Positions 1 through 8,826 of a stretch of 64,000 bases of DNA are shown here, one piece after another; the first letter of the stretch is position 1, and every line of letters starts with the position of its first letter. The DNA lies in IMG/VR virus record IMGVR_UViG_3300037264_002228, positions 1 to 64,000 of that record, one strand, 5' to 3'. The notes beneath the pieces are model-generated. The model was not told the DNA's origin. It did no database searches and saw only the letters and a program-made list of their open reading frames with translations. Position numbers and translations under genes: made by a program. Origin of the DNA: a virus.

Positions 1-2
1 GC

Positions 3-890
3 GATTCTAGTGCCTCAAGTGCCTCAAGTGCATCAAGTGCGTCTAATTCTAGTGCGTCAAGCGACTCTAGTGCGTCAAGTGCATCTAATTCTAGCGCATC
101 TAGTGCATCAAGTGCATCTAATTCTAGTGCGTCAAGCGACTCTAGTGCATCTGCATCTAATTCTAGCGCATCTAGTGCATCTAGTGCCTCAAGTGCATCA
201 AGTGCATCTAATTCTAGCGCATCTAGTGCCTCAAGTGCATCTAATTCTAGTGCGTCAAGTGCATCAAGTGCATCTAATTCTAGCGCATCTAGTGCCTCAA
301 GTGCATCAAGTGCATCTAATTCTAGCGCATCTAGTGCCTCAAGTGCATCAAGTGCATCTAATTCTAGCGCATCTAGTGCCTCAAGTGCGTCAAGTGCATC
401 TAATTCTAGTGCGTCAAGTGCGTCAAGTGCATCTAATTCTAGTGCGTCAAGTGCCTCAAGTGCCTCAAGTGCATCTAATTCTAGTGCCTCAAGTGCATCA
501 AGTGCATCTAATTCTAGCGCATCTAGTGCCTCAAGTGCGTCAAGTGCATCTAATTCTAGTGCGTCAAGTGCGTCAAGTGCATCTAATTCTAGTGCGTCAA
601 GTGCCTCAAGTGCCTCAAGTGCATCTAATTCTAGTGCGTCAAGTGCATCAAGTGCATCTAATTCTAGTGCGTCAAGTGCCTCAAGTGCCTCAAGTGCATC
701 TAATTCTAGTGCGTCAAGTGCATCAAGTGCATCTAATTCTAGCGCATCTAGTGCCTCAAGTGCGTCAAGTGCATCTAATTCTAGTGCATCTAGTGCATCT
801 AGTGCATCTAATTCTAGCGCATCTAGTGCCTCAAGTGCGTCAAGTGCATCTAATTCTAGTGCATCTAGTGCATCTAGTGCATCTAGTAAT
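3..890 (+). repeat. Coding tandem repeat built from 9-nt (AGTGCVTCW; SAS) and 15-nt (AGTGCATCTAATTCT; SASNS) units
   Basis: Directly visible mosaic of the two units over about 890 nt. Confidence 0.95.
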
Positions 891-944
891 AGTAGCTCTA
901 GTAGCAGTCTTTCTAGTGAATCTAGCTCTTCGCAGTTGGGTTAA
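3..944 (+). CDS. Serine-rich repeat protein, C-terminal part (5'-truncated by the window)
   Basis: Frame starting at nt 3 reads DSSASSASSASSASNSSASS...SNSSSSSSLSSESSSSQLG, stop TAA 942-944. Repeat variation (gca/gcg/gcc, tca/tct, agt/agc) is synonymous in this frame and non-synonymous in the 10..957 frame. Confidence 0.85.
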   Translation, partial: DSSASSASSASSASNSSASSDSSASSASNSSASSASSASNSSASSDSSASASNSSASSASSASSASSASNSSASSASSASNSSASSASSASNSSASSASSASSASNSSASSASSASSASNSSASSASSASSASNSSASSASSASNSSASSASSASSASNSSASSASSASNSSASSASSASSASNSSASSASSASNSSASSASSASSASNSSASSASSASNSSASSASSASSASNSSASSASSASNSSASSASSASSASNSSASSASSASNSSASSASSASSASNSSASSASSASSNSSSSSSLSSESSSSQLG

Positions 945-953
945 AGATATAAT

Positions 954-1628
954 ATGAACGGATTTAAAAGTGTTTTCCAAATTCTTGATGTTGATTTTAA
1001 TGCTAGACGTACTGATTATCATATAATAGAATTAAATAATATTAAAATTGGTAGAGTATATCCTGGATTGCTTGATTATATTGATCAAAACATAATAATT
1101 GAAATAAGTCCAATAAACTTTTTAAAACTTGGGTCGTATGCATTAGAGGGACCTATTGGTCTTGGACATTATTATCCACAATATGATTCTTTTACAATAA
1201 ATACTTATTCAATTACACCACGCATATTATTAAGAACCGATACATTTAGTGATGGATTTTTATTCATATCAAGATTCAGAGATGAGTATAAACGTAGGCA
1301 GGTATTTATTAGAAGCGACTTCAAATCATCTATTATTGAACCAAACATTATAAATTCTATATGGTTACATGAATTATCAAATTTTACGCCAAATGGATTA
1401 ATTGACATTAATCTACTTAATAATAATCGACATGAAGATGGGACACAAGATACACATTCTTTTATAAATGCATATACTTTTCTACACAATATGCATGGTG
1501 AAGTTACTATTTATTATTCTGATAAAGATACATTAGGCAACCCAGCAGGACTTAATGCTGATTATGTTGGTAGTGGGACATCTGGCATAGACCCTAGATT
1601 TAACATTCCTACATTAGATCCACAATAA
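954..1628 (+). CDS. Hypothetical protein (possibly virion-associated)
   Basis: 224-aa ORF preceded by the AAAGATA-N4-ATG motif; no family recognised. Confidence 0.6.
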   Translation: MNGFKSVFQILDVDFNARRTDYHIIELNNIKIGRVYPGLLDYIDQNIIIEISPINFLKLGSYALEGPIGLGHYYPQYDSFTINTYSITPRILLRTDTFSDGFLFISRFRDEYKRRQVFIRSDFKSSIIEPNIINSIWLHELSNFTPNGLIDINLLNNNRHEDGTQDTHSFINAYTFLHNMHGEVTIYYSDKDTLGNPAGLNADYVGSGTSGIDPRFNIPTLDPQ

Positions 1629-1635
1629 ATAAAGT

Positions 1636-2979
1636 GTGAAATTAGCTATTATTGTAATTAGTCAGGCTGCTGATTTACAAAATATTCATCAATTCGTTCC
1701 AAAATTTAAATTAACTACAATAGACAAAATACTTAATGAGTCACAAATAGTAATTCATTTTAATACGCCAAATTGTGATAAGCTATTACAAGATATATCA
1801 ATTTTAAAACTATATGATTTTGAAATTAAAGCTATTATAATACAATATCAAACTAGCATTGATAATTATAAATCAATATTAACACAATTAAAATGTTATG
1901 ATATAGAGAATATTGTTATAGGCAGTGATAATGTTAGTAATTCAGAATTTGTCAAAATATTAGTACAAAAATTGATAATAAACAATTCATCAAAGCAAAC
2001 TGTAATTGAACAGAAACAAACAACAAATAAGTTAATTGCGCCTAGTAATATTAAGAATGACAATAACGACATAAGTAAACAAAAACATGGACGAGAAAAG
2101 CATAAAGGACATTTAATTGGTCGATATTTACAATCACCATCGATGTTGTTTAGTAGAGATAGTCATAACATATGGATGGGAGACATGTATCGTGGGCGTA
2201 GTGCTTTTCTAATTTTAGGTGGTCCAAGTTTTGCACAAGTCGATAAAACAAAACTAAATAATCCAGGAATATTAACAATGGGTGTTAATAATTCTGTTAA
2301 ATCATATAGACCAAATATGTGGGTATCTGTCGATGATCCATCACATTTTATTAAATCAATTTGGTTGGACCCAAAAATAACGAAATTTGTACCATTTTCA
2401 CACACTGAAAAAACAATTTTTGATAATGAGTATTGGAAAGAAACAACTATTAAAGTTGGTGATTGTCCAAATGCTTGGTATTTTAAAAGAAATGAAAATT
2501 TTGTAGCTGAACAATATTTATTTGAAGACACAATAAATTGGGGCAATCATAAAGATTTTGGTGGTGGCAGAAGTGTTATGTTAGCTGCCATTAGAATATT
2601 GTATTATTTAGGCATTAGAACAATTTATTTATTAGGTTGTGATTTTAAAATGGACGAACAGTCCAAATACCATTTTGATCAAGATAGATCAAAATCATCA
2701 ATTAAAGGAAATGCATCAACGTATAAATTGTTAATTGATAGGTTTACTAAATTAAAACCAATATTAGATGAAAATGGATTAGAGGTGTTTAATTGTAATC
2801 AATCTTCTGGTTTAACTGTGTTCCCATTTGTTGATTTTAATGATGCAATTCGTATTGCTAGTTCTGAAATGCCATTAGATATAGAAAATGAACGTACAAA
2901 TGGTTTATATGATCGTCTTGCTAAAATAAAAGAAGCCAAAGAAAAAGAAGCCAAAGAAAAAGAACAGAAAATACAATGA
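1636..2979 (+). CDS. Maf/DUF115 (MptE-like)-family putative glycosyltransferase with N-terminal extension
   Basis: AFLILGGPSF...GVNN...VSVD...SVMLAAIRILYYLGIRTIYLLGCDF pattern typical of the Maf/DUF115 and Cst-II-like transferase fold. Confidence 0.7.
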   Translation: MKLAIIVISQAADLQNIHQFVPKFKLTTIDKILNESQIVIHFNTPNCDKLLQDISILKLYDFEIKAIIIQYQTSIDNYKSILTQLKCYDIENIVIGSDNVSNSEFVKILVQKLIINNSSKQTVIEQKQTTNKLIAPSNIKNDNNDISKQKHGREKHKGHLIGRYLQSPSMLFSRDSHNIWMGDMYRGRSAFLILGGPSFAQVDKTKLNNPGILTMGVNNSVKSYRPNMWVSVDDPSHFIKSIWLDPKITKFVPFSHTEKTIFDNEYWKETTIKVGDCPNAWYFKRNENFVAEQYLFEDTINWGNHKDFGGGRSVMLAAIRILYYLGIRTIYLLGCDFKMDEQSKYHFDQDRSKSSIKGNASTYKLLIDRFTKLKPILDENGLEVFNCNQSSGLTVFPFVDFNDAIRIASSEMPLDIENERTNGLYDRLAKIKEAKEKEAKEKEQKIQ

Positions 2980-3707
2980 ATTTAAATGATATAACGTTAG
3001 TAATAGCTATAGATAAACACCATTTAAAAGAACTATCTTATACATGGCCTACATGGATGAAATTTAAACCAGAAATTAAACTAATGAAAAAAATTGTAAT
3101 TTATGATAAAACACAAATAAGAATGAAAGATTTATCATTATTTGATGGCCATGATGTTCGTTTTGTGCCATGGGACATGGATGGTGTATGTCAGCGAGAA
3201 AAGATGTTAACTTCCTTTATAGTTGTGCCGCCTGCTGAAGTAACAACCAAATGGTATCTTAAATTAGACGTAGATGCTATAGCTACAGCACCAGGAGAAT
3301 GGATAAAAGATGAATGGTTTGAGCCACAAAATGGTAAAAACCCTGTCTATATTTCACATGGTTGGTCATTTAGTAAACCAGCCAATGTGTTACAAACATT
3401 AGATGAGTGGGGTGATACAATAGAGCCACTTAAATTTCATCAACGCCTTAATATTCCATTTAAATCAACGTCAGATAGAGTAATGTCTAAAAGAATAATT
3501 TCTTGGTGTTTTTTTGGTAATACTGAATGGACTAAATTTATTAGTAAATTATGTGGAAATAAATTGCCAGTAGCTTCTCAAGATACTGTGATGTATTATT
3601 GTGCAACTCGCTTAGGTGAACACACAGTTCGTACTAATATGAAAAAATTAGGTTGGGATCATTTGAGATTACATAATTTGCGAAAATTAAGTGAAAAATT
3701 AAAATGA
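2976..3707 (+). CDS. Putative GT-A glycosyltransferase
   Basis: WYLKLDVDA DxD motif, downstream SQDT; overlapping start/stop within the GT cluster. Confidence 0.6.
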   Translation: MNLNDITLVIAIDKHHLKELSYTWPTWMKFKPEIKLMKKIVIYDKTQIRMKDLSLFDGHDVRFVPWDMDGVCQREKMLTSFIVVPPAEVTTKWYLKLDVDAIATAPGEWIKDEWFEPQNGKNPVYISHGWSFSKPANVLQTLDEWGDTIEPLKFHQRLNIPFKSTSDRVMSKRIISWCFFGNTEWTKFISKLCGNKLPVASQDTVMYYCATRLGEHTVRTNMKKLGWDHLRLHNLRKLSEKLK

Positions 3708-4516
3708 CAAGTGGTGTAGTTTATTATAATGTTGGTAGGTCTTGTGCTGTTAGGCTGTTAGTGTCTGCGCATAGTTTAGTAAAACATTACACAGGTGACA
3801 TTACTATCTTATCTGATGGTAATGAATCACATTCTTATTGTAAACAGATTGCATCAGCCCTAAATATTAACTATAAAGAAGTATTATTAGATATGGATCG
3901 TGATCAACATAATTACCCATATTTGGTAAAAACACGTATAAATGAAATAGCGCCTTATGACTATAATGTTTTTATTGATGCTGATACATTAATAGTTGGT
4001 AGTATATCTGAACTTTTTAATTCATCTCCATTTACAATAACAAGAATGTGTGAATGGAGCACACAAAAAAGAACAATTGCTAATAGAATTTCTTCGTGGT
4101 CACATTTAAAACCAGAATTAGTTGATAAAGCTATAAAATATGGTAAGGCAATTAACACTGGTGTATATTCTTTTGATAGGAATGCATCAATATTTAATGA
4201 ATGGTATGATTTAACTTTAGCTAACAAACAATCTTTTATACCAGATGAAGTAGCATGTCAATTATTAATTACGGTACATGAACACAAATTATTAGATTGT
4301 AGATTCAACTATTCATGTAAATATGGTCCAAATATTGATGACATTAGAATCATTCATTTTCATGGTAGAAAACATTGTAGGCCAGGATTGCCATATAATG
4401 GTATAAAATGGGTAACTGCATATAATGAAGTAGTAAAACTTAATTTGGCGAATATTAAAACATGGCAACCAGCAGGTGATAAGATGTTATATAAATATTT
4501 GAAATCTAATGAATAA
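3704..4516 (+). CDS. Glycosyltransferase, GT8-like
   Basis: VFIDADT, INTGV, PDE, FN..., IIHFHG motifs of GT8-like enzymes. Confidence 0.75.
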   Translation: MTSGVVYYNVGRSCAVRLLVSAHSLVKHYTGDITILSDGNESHSYCKQIASALNINYKEVLLDMDRDQHNYPYLVKTRINEIAPYDYNVFIDADTLIVGSISELFNSSPFTITRMCEWSTQKRTIANRISSWSHLKPELVDKAIKYGKAINTGVYSFDRNASIFNEWYDLTLANKQSFIPDEVACQLLITVHEHKLLDCRFNYSCKYGPNIDDIRIIHFHGRKHCRPGLPYNGIKWVTAYNEVVKLNLANIKTWQPAGDKMLYKYLKSNE

Positions 4517-5141
4517 AGTATCGATTTGTATTACTGTAAAAAATAGGAGTAAAGTATTAGGAAGAACAATACTACTTAATACTGTTAGGTCAATAATAAA
4601 CAACATAACAGATAAAGACAATATTGAATTAATAATAACAGATTGGAATTCTACTGATTGGCCGTTAAAAGAATGGATTTATGATGAAGTTAAACATGTT
4701 CAATTTAAGTTGATAACAATTGATAAGCAAGGTTTTAATAGAGGTATTGGATTAAATACTGCAGCTGAACATGCGACTGGTAATGTGTTGTTTTTTAGTG
4801 AGTCTGATGTGATGATTGATAGGCCAACAATTGATTTGGCTTTAAAAATTGAAGATAAAGCTTTATTTCCTCGTATAAGAAGGACAACACCAACTAGTCA
4901 TTTAATAGTTAGAGAAAGTAGGCGTTGGTTGCGTGGGTTTGGGATTGCTATAGTACGACGCGAGTGGTGGGAAACGGCTGGACATTATAAAAGTTTTTGG
5001 TTTGACTCTACTAACTGGGGTGGCGAAGATAATCAATTCCATGCTGATATTGTATCATTAGGTATACCTATAGAACGACCAAAAATGAATAATTTAATTC
5101 ACCAATGGCATCCAAGGAAAATGTTCAATGAACAAGTTTGA
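4509..5141 (+). CDS. Glycosyltransferase, GT2/GT7-C-like
   Basis: VSICITVKNR, DWNSTD, FNRGIGLN, ESD, WGGED, HQWH. Confidence 0.8.
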   Translation: MNKVSICITVKNRSKVLGRTILLNTVRSIINNITDKDNIELIITDWNSTDWPLKEWIYDEVKHVQFKLITIDKQGFNRGIGLNTAAEHATGNVLFFSESDVMIDRPTIDLALKIEDKALFPRIRRTTPTSHLIVRESRRWLRGFGIAIVRREWWETAGHYKSFWFDSTNWGGEDNQFHADIVSLGIPIERPKMNNLIHQWHPRKMFNEQV

Positions 5142-5844
5142 AATTTGTGTGCAGCAATATTCTTTTACTAAAAGATGTTGGTGGCAATTAAGTAGTTTGG
5201 CAGAACAAACATTAAAAACCAACTTTACGCTTAGATTGAGTATTCATAATAATGATCCATTTCGTGAATTAAATAATAAATTAATATCAACATTTAGTAA
5301 TTTAATTGATTTAAAAGTAAAAATTTGGACTAATGATACGTTTTTTAGACGTGGTGATGTTCGCAATACTGATTTAGTTGAATCATCACGGCAATGGATA
5401 ATATTTGCCGACGCTGATGTAATATTTGATAAATCATTTTTTGAAAAACTTAATAATATTACATTGATACAAAATAAAATGAGTGTTATTAGACGGTTTA
5501 ATACGTCAATAGATGATGGTTATAAACTTATTAATTCAGAAACATATAATACTTATATAAAACGACCAATAACTAAAATAATGAAATTTCCGTTACAACG
5601 AAGTTCGTCAATTGGTGCTGGATATTTCCAGTTAATTAATGCTGATTTTGTTCGTAATAAAGGATTAAAATATAGTAAAGATACCATAGATAGACCATTA
5701 ATAGAACGTAGAGGCCCAACATATAGATCAGATAGACAACTTAGAGGGATTCTAGGCCTTAATCGTATAGATATTGCGCCCATATATCATATTAATCATT
5801 ATAGATTAAAAAATAAAGAAAGAATAGCGACAGGATGTCAATGA
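5128..5844 (+). CDS. Glycosyltransferase, GT-A (GT2-like)
   Basis: RN...WIIFADADVIF, GYFQL, YHINH. Confidence 0.7.
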   Translation: MNKFEICVQQYSFTKRCWWQLSSLAEQTLKTNFTLRLSIHNNDPFRELNNKLISTFSNLIDLKVKIWTNDTFFRRGDVRNTDLVESSRQWIIFADADVIFDKSFFEKLNNITLIQNKMSVIRRFNTSIDDGYKLINSETYNTYIKRPITKIMKFPLQRSSSIGAGYFQLINADFVRNKGLKYSKDTIDRPLIERRGPTYRSDRQLRGILGLNRIDIAPIYHINHYRLKNKERIATGCQ

Positions 5845-6404
5845 ACACTTTTACAAAAGACTGGCACGGTAGGCATGCTAAAAATTGGAATAGAATATTG
5901 GGCCAATATAAAAATCAGCCAAATATTCGTTATCTTGAAGTAGGTGTATATGAAGGTAAATCGTCATGTTGGGTGATGGACAATATATTAACACATTATA
6001 CGAGTACAGCTACTGGCATCGATCCATGGGTAAATTCAGATGAACAATTCAGAATAGCTACGTCTAATTTAAGAAAATATGGTAATAGATACACAATCAT
6101 GCGTGGATATTCAACAACAGTATTGCCAACATTAACTAACATAGAAGACATAATATATATTGACGGCGACCACCATGCTGATGCTGTTTATAATGATGCG
6201 ATTTTATGTTGGCCAAAATTAAAAATTGGTGGTATATTAATATTTGATGATTATAATTTGCGTTTGCGCAGACATAACCGTTCAGGCGGTGAAGCAGGTA
6301 TACCAAGACCTGGTATAGATAAATTTTTATCATTAATGAGTAATTGCATTAATATCGAAAAAACAAGAACTCAAGTATTTGTTAAAAAAATTATTAAAAA
6401 TTAA
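5835..6404 (+). CDS. Class I SAM-dependent methyltransferase (Methyltransf_24-like)
   Basis: LEVGVYEGKS, IDPW, IYIDGDH, LKIGGILIFDDY. Confidence 0.85.
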   Translation: MSMNTFTKDWHGRHAKNWNRILGQYKNQPNIRYLEVGVYEGKSSCWVMDNILTHYTSTATGIDPWVNSDEQFRIATSNLRKYGNRYTIMRGYSTTVLPTLTNIEDIIYIDGDHHADAVYNDAILCWPKLKIGGILIFDDYNLRLRRHNRSGGEAGIPRPGIDKFLSLMSNCINIEKTRTQVFVKKIIKN

Positions 6405-6413
6405 GGTTGTAGT

Positions 6414-6992
6414 ATGAATTCGAGATTAACATATAGTAATATTGTACAATCAATTGTTCCTAAAAATTTTAAACGTAAAATTCTAATCGATTGTGGTTTC
6501 CATAAAGGGCTATATACAAAAGCATTTTTACAGAAGAATCATGATTTTATAGTGTATGCATTTGATCCAATTAAGATTGAACCCATATTACCAAATGTTA
6601 ATTTTATTAATAAAGCCGTTTGGATAGAAGATTGTGTTAGAAAAATATATTTAAGTCATAGAGATGATGCTTCATCACTAATTAGTACAGTGGCTGTTGA
6701 TGTTAAAAAATCAATAGATATAGAATGTATTAATTTTAATAAGTGGATTAATGATAATTTTACTAGTGATGATTATATTCATGTAAAACTAGACATTGAA
6801 GGTGCTGAATATCAAGTTTTACATAACATGATTAATGGCGGATCTATAAAATTGATAAGTGAATTAGTATGTGAATGGCATAGTAAAATCTGTTCTAGAC
6901 AATATAGACAAATTATGTATATAACTGATGATTTGTTTATGGAAAAATTAAAAACATTTGATAATATAAAACTTTTAAGTAAATGGATATGA
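6414..6992 (+). CDS. FkbM-family methyltransferase
   Basis: IDCGFHKG, AFDP, KAVW, VKLDIEGAEY, EWH. Confidence 0.85.
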   Translation: MNSRLTYSNIVQSIVPKNFKRKILIDCGFHKGLYTKAFLQKNHDFIVYAFDPIKIEPILPNVNFINKAVWIEDCVRKIYLSHRDDASSLISTVAVDVKKSIDIECINFNKWINDNFTSDDYIHVKLDIEGAEYQVLHNMINGGSIKLISELVCEWHSKICSRQYRQIMYITDDLFMEKLKTFDNIKLLSKWI

Positions 6993-7735
6993 AAACATTG
7001 ATATTCCTATGCGGTTATGATGATTTTTATTTCAAACTAGCTAACATGACCGCGCATACAATTCGTTTATCTGGTTATAAACAAGACATAGTTATTTTTA
7101 CTATTGATGATCGTAAATCAGACTATGCAAAATGTATAAACCTGGCGTCACATAAAGAGTCTAATTTAATTATAACACAGAAAGAAGGTGGTTTTTTCCA
7201 TCGTAAATTATGTAAAGAATTTGGACATAAGCAGTATGACAAACAGTATGATTTCTTTGTAATAAAAACACTTCCTGGATCTATAATCAAAAAAGAAGAT
7301 TATGATTTTATATTGTATATGGATTCTGATATGTTGGTCCATTCCTCATTAGATAAAATTTTTACATATAAAACAGTTGTATCTGATTTTAATAGTAAAA
7401 ATGCTTATAAAGACTTAAAAGGATTATCTAAACACTTAACATCGCAAGAAGAAAGTGTTGCACGTAGTTTATCTGGCATTGGTGGTGGTGGATTTGGTGT
7501 CCCGTCTAGTCACTATAGATGGTTTGATGATTATAGAAAAATTTATCTTCAATATATCAATGAAATCCCACATGATCAACCAGCTCTGACTATGACTATG
7601 ATAAGACATTATAATGATTATAAAGTGGAAAAATTACCAAATCGTGCTTATTGGATACATTATTGGGGCTATAGAAAAGCACAAATGATAAAAGATTATG
7701 ATGCAAAATACGCAAATTGTATTTTAAATAAATGA
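6983..7735 (+). CDS. Putative GT-A glycosyltransferase
   Basis: ILYMDSDM DxD motif, HDQPAL, IHY. Confidence 0.65.
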   Translation: MDMKTLIFLCGYDDFYFKLANMTAHTIRLSGYKQDIVIFTIDDRKSDYAKCINLASHKESNLIITQKEGGFFHRKLCKEFGHKQYDKQYDFFVIKTLPGSIIKKEDYDFILYMDSDMLVHSSLDKIFTYKTVVSDFNSKNAYKDLKGLSKHLTSQEESVARSLSGIGGGGFGVPSSHYRWFDDYRKIYLQYINEIPHDQPALTMTMIRHYNDYKVEKLPNRAYWIHYWGYRKAQMIKDYDAKYANCILNK

Positions 7736-8826
7736 GAGTACTGATCACATCGGATATACACTTTGGTGTTCCAGGAAAATTAGAACATACATTGTGGGCC
7801 TCTAAAGTTATAAGAGAATACGCACATAAGCACGATATTGGTACTATTTTGGTGCTTGGTGATTTATTTCATGATAGAAATAATCTTAATATACAGGTAT
7901 TAACTACGGCATACGATTTTTTCGACGAGACAAGTCGGGACTATTCACAAGAATGGATAGCATTTCCAGGCAACCATGATATGTTTTTAAAAAATTCATG
8001 GAAAGTTAATTCTGTAAGGCCATTGAATCGACTTATTACAATTATTGAAGATATTAAAGCTTTTAGCATAGATGGTAGAAAATTCTGGGTTCTGCCGTTT
8101 GTACATTATGAGTCAGCTTATATGCAAGTAGTACGAGCTATAGAAGCGAAAGCTTCTCCAGAAGATATATTGTTGACTCATATTGGTGTGCATGGTGCAT
8201 CATTAAATGAATGTTTTTTATTGAAGCATTGGAGTCTTGTTAATTTTTCTGATACGATTTTTAAACGAGTGTACTCAGGGCATTTTCATTGTTATCAACA
8301 AGTTGGTGAAAAAACTTGGTATTCTGGAAGCCCAATACCATTTAGATTCGATGAGGGTCTAGTAGAGCATGGATTTTTAGAGTTTGATACTACAACATGT
8401 GAACATAAATTTATAAAGATATTCGAAGCAGGTAAGCAATTATTACCAGACCTGCCACCAGCTCCTGATTTTGTAACTTGTATTGATACATCAATAAATA
8501 ATATTGATTTTACAAATAGTAATGCTAGAATTTGTTTGTCACGTGATTATACCAGCAATGAATTATCAGAATTACGATTGATGTTAACTAACAAAGGTGC
8601 ATTATCAGTGAAATGGATAAAGGCCAAACAACAAGAAGACAAAGAACTACAAACAACAACTACGTCTAATATGGGTGATGGTGCCGCGTTATTTCATAAA
8701 TGGATTGATCATGATAAGCCAGAACATATAGATTTGAATACACTTCAAGAATTAAATAAACAGGTTGTAGAAGAAGGCATGGAGAGGCTGTCCAATACTG
8801 AGGACCATAATGGCGATTCCGCTTAA
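7732..8826 (+). CDS. Recombination nuclease, T4 gp47/SbcD/Mre11-like
   Basis: Metallophosphoesterase motifs SDIH, GDLFH, GNHD, SGHFH; adjacent to the gp46-like gene. Confidence 0.92.
   Translation: MRVLITSDIHFGVPGKLEHTLWASKVIREYAHKHDIGTILVLGDLFHDRNNLNIQVLTTAYDFFDETSRDYSQEWIAFPGNHDMFLKNSWKVNSVRPLNRLITIIEDIKAFSIDGRKFWVLPFVHYESAYMQVVRAIEAKASPEDILLTHIGVHGASLNECFLLKHWSLVNFSDTIFKRVYSGHFHCYQQVGEKTWYSGSPIPFRFDEGLVEHGFLEFDTTTCEHKFIKIFEAGKQLLPDLPPAPDFVTCIDTSINNIDFTNSNARICLSRDYTSNELSELRLMLTNKGALSVKWIKAKQQEDKELQTTTTSNMGDGAALFHKWIDHDKPEHIDLNTLQELNKQVVEEGMERLSNTEDHNGDSA

Noticed and set aside
1-900. CRISPR array or origin iterons
   Set aside because: No unique spacers; unit lengths are multiples of 3 with wobble variation, so the repeat is coding
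10-957. 315-aa PQVHLILV-repeat ORF in the track
   Set aside because: Shadow frame of the Ser-rich repeat; repeat variation is synonymous only in frame 3
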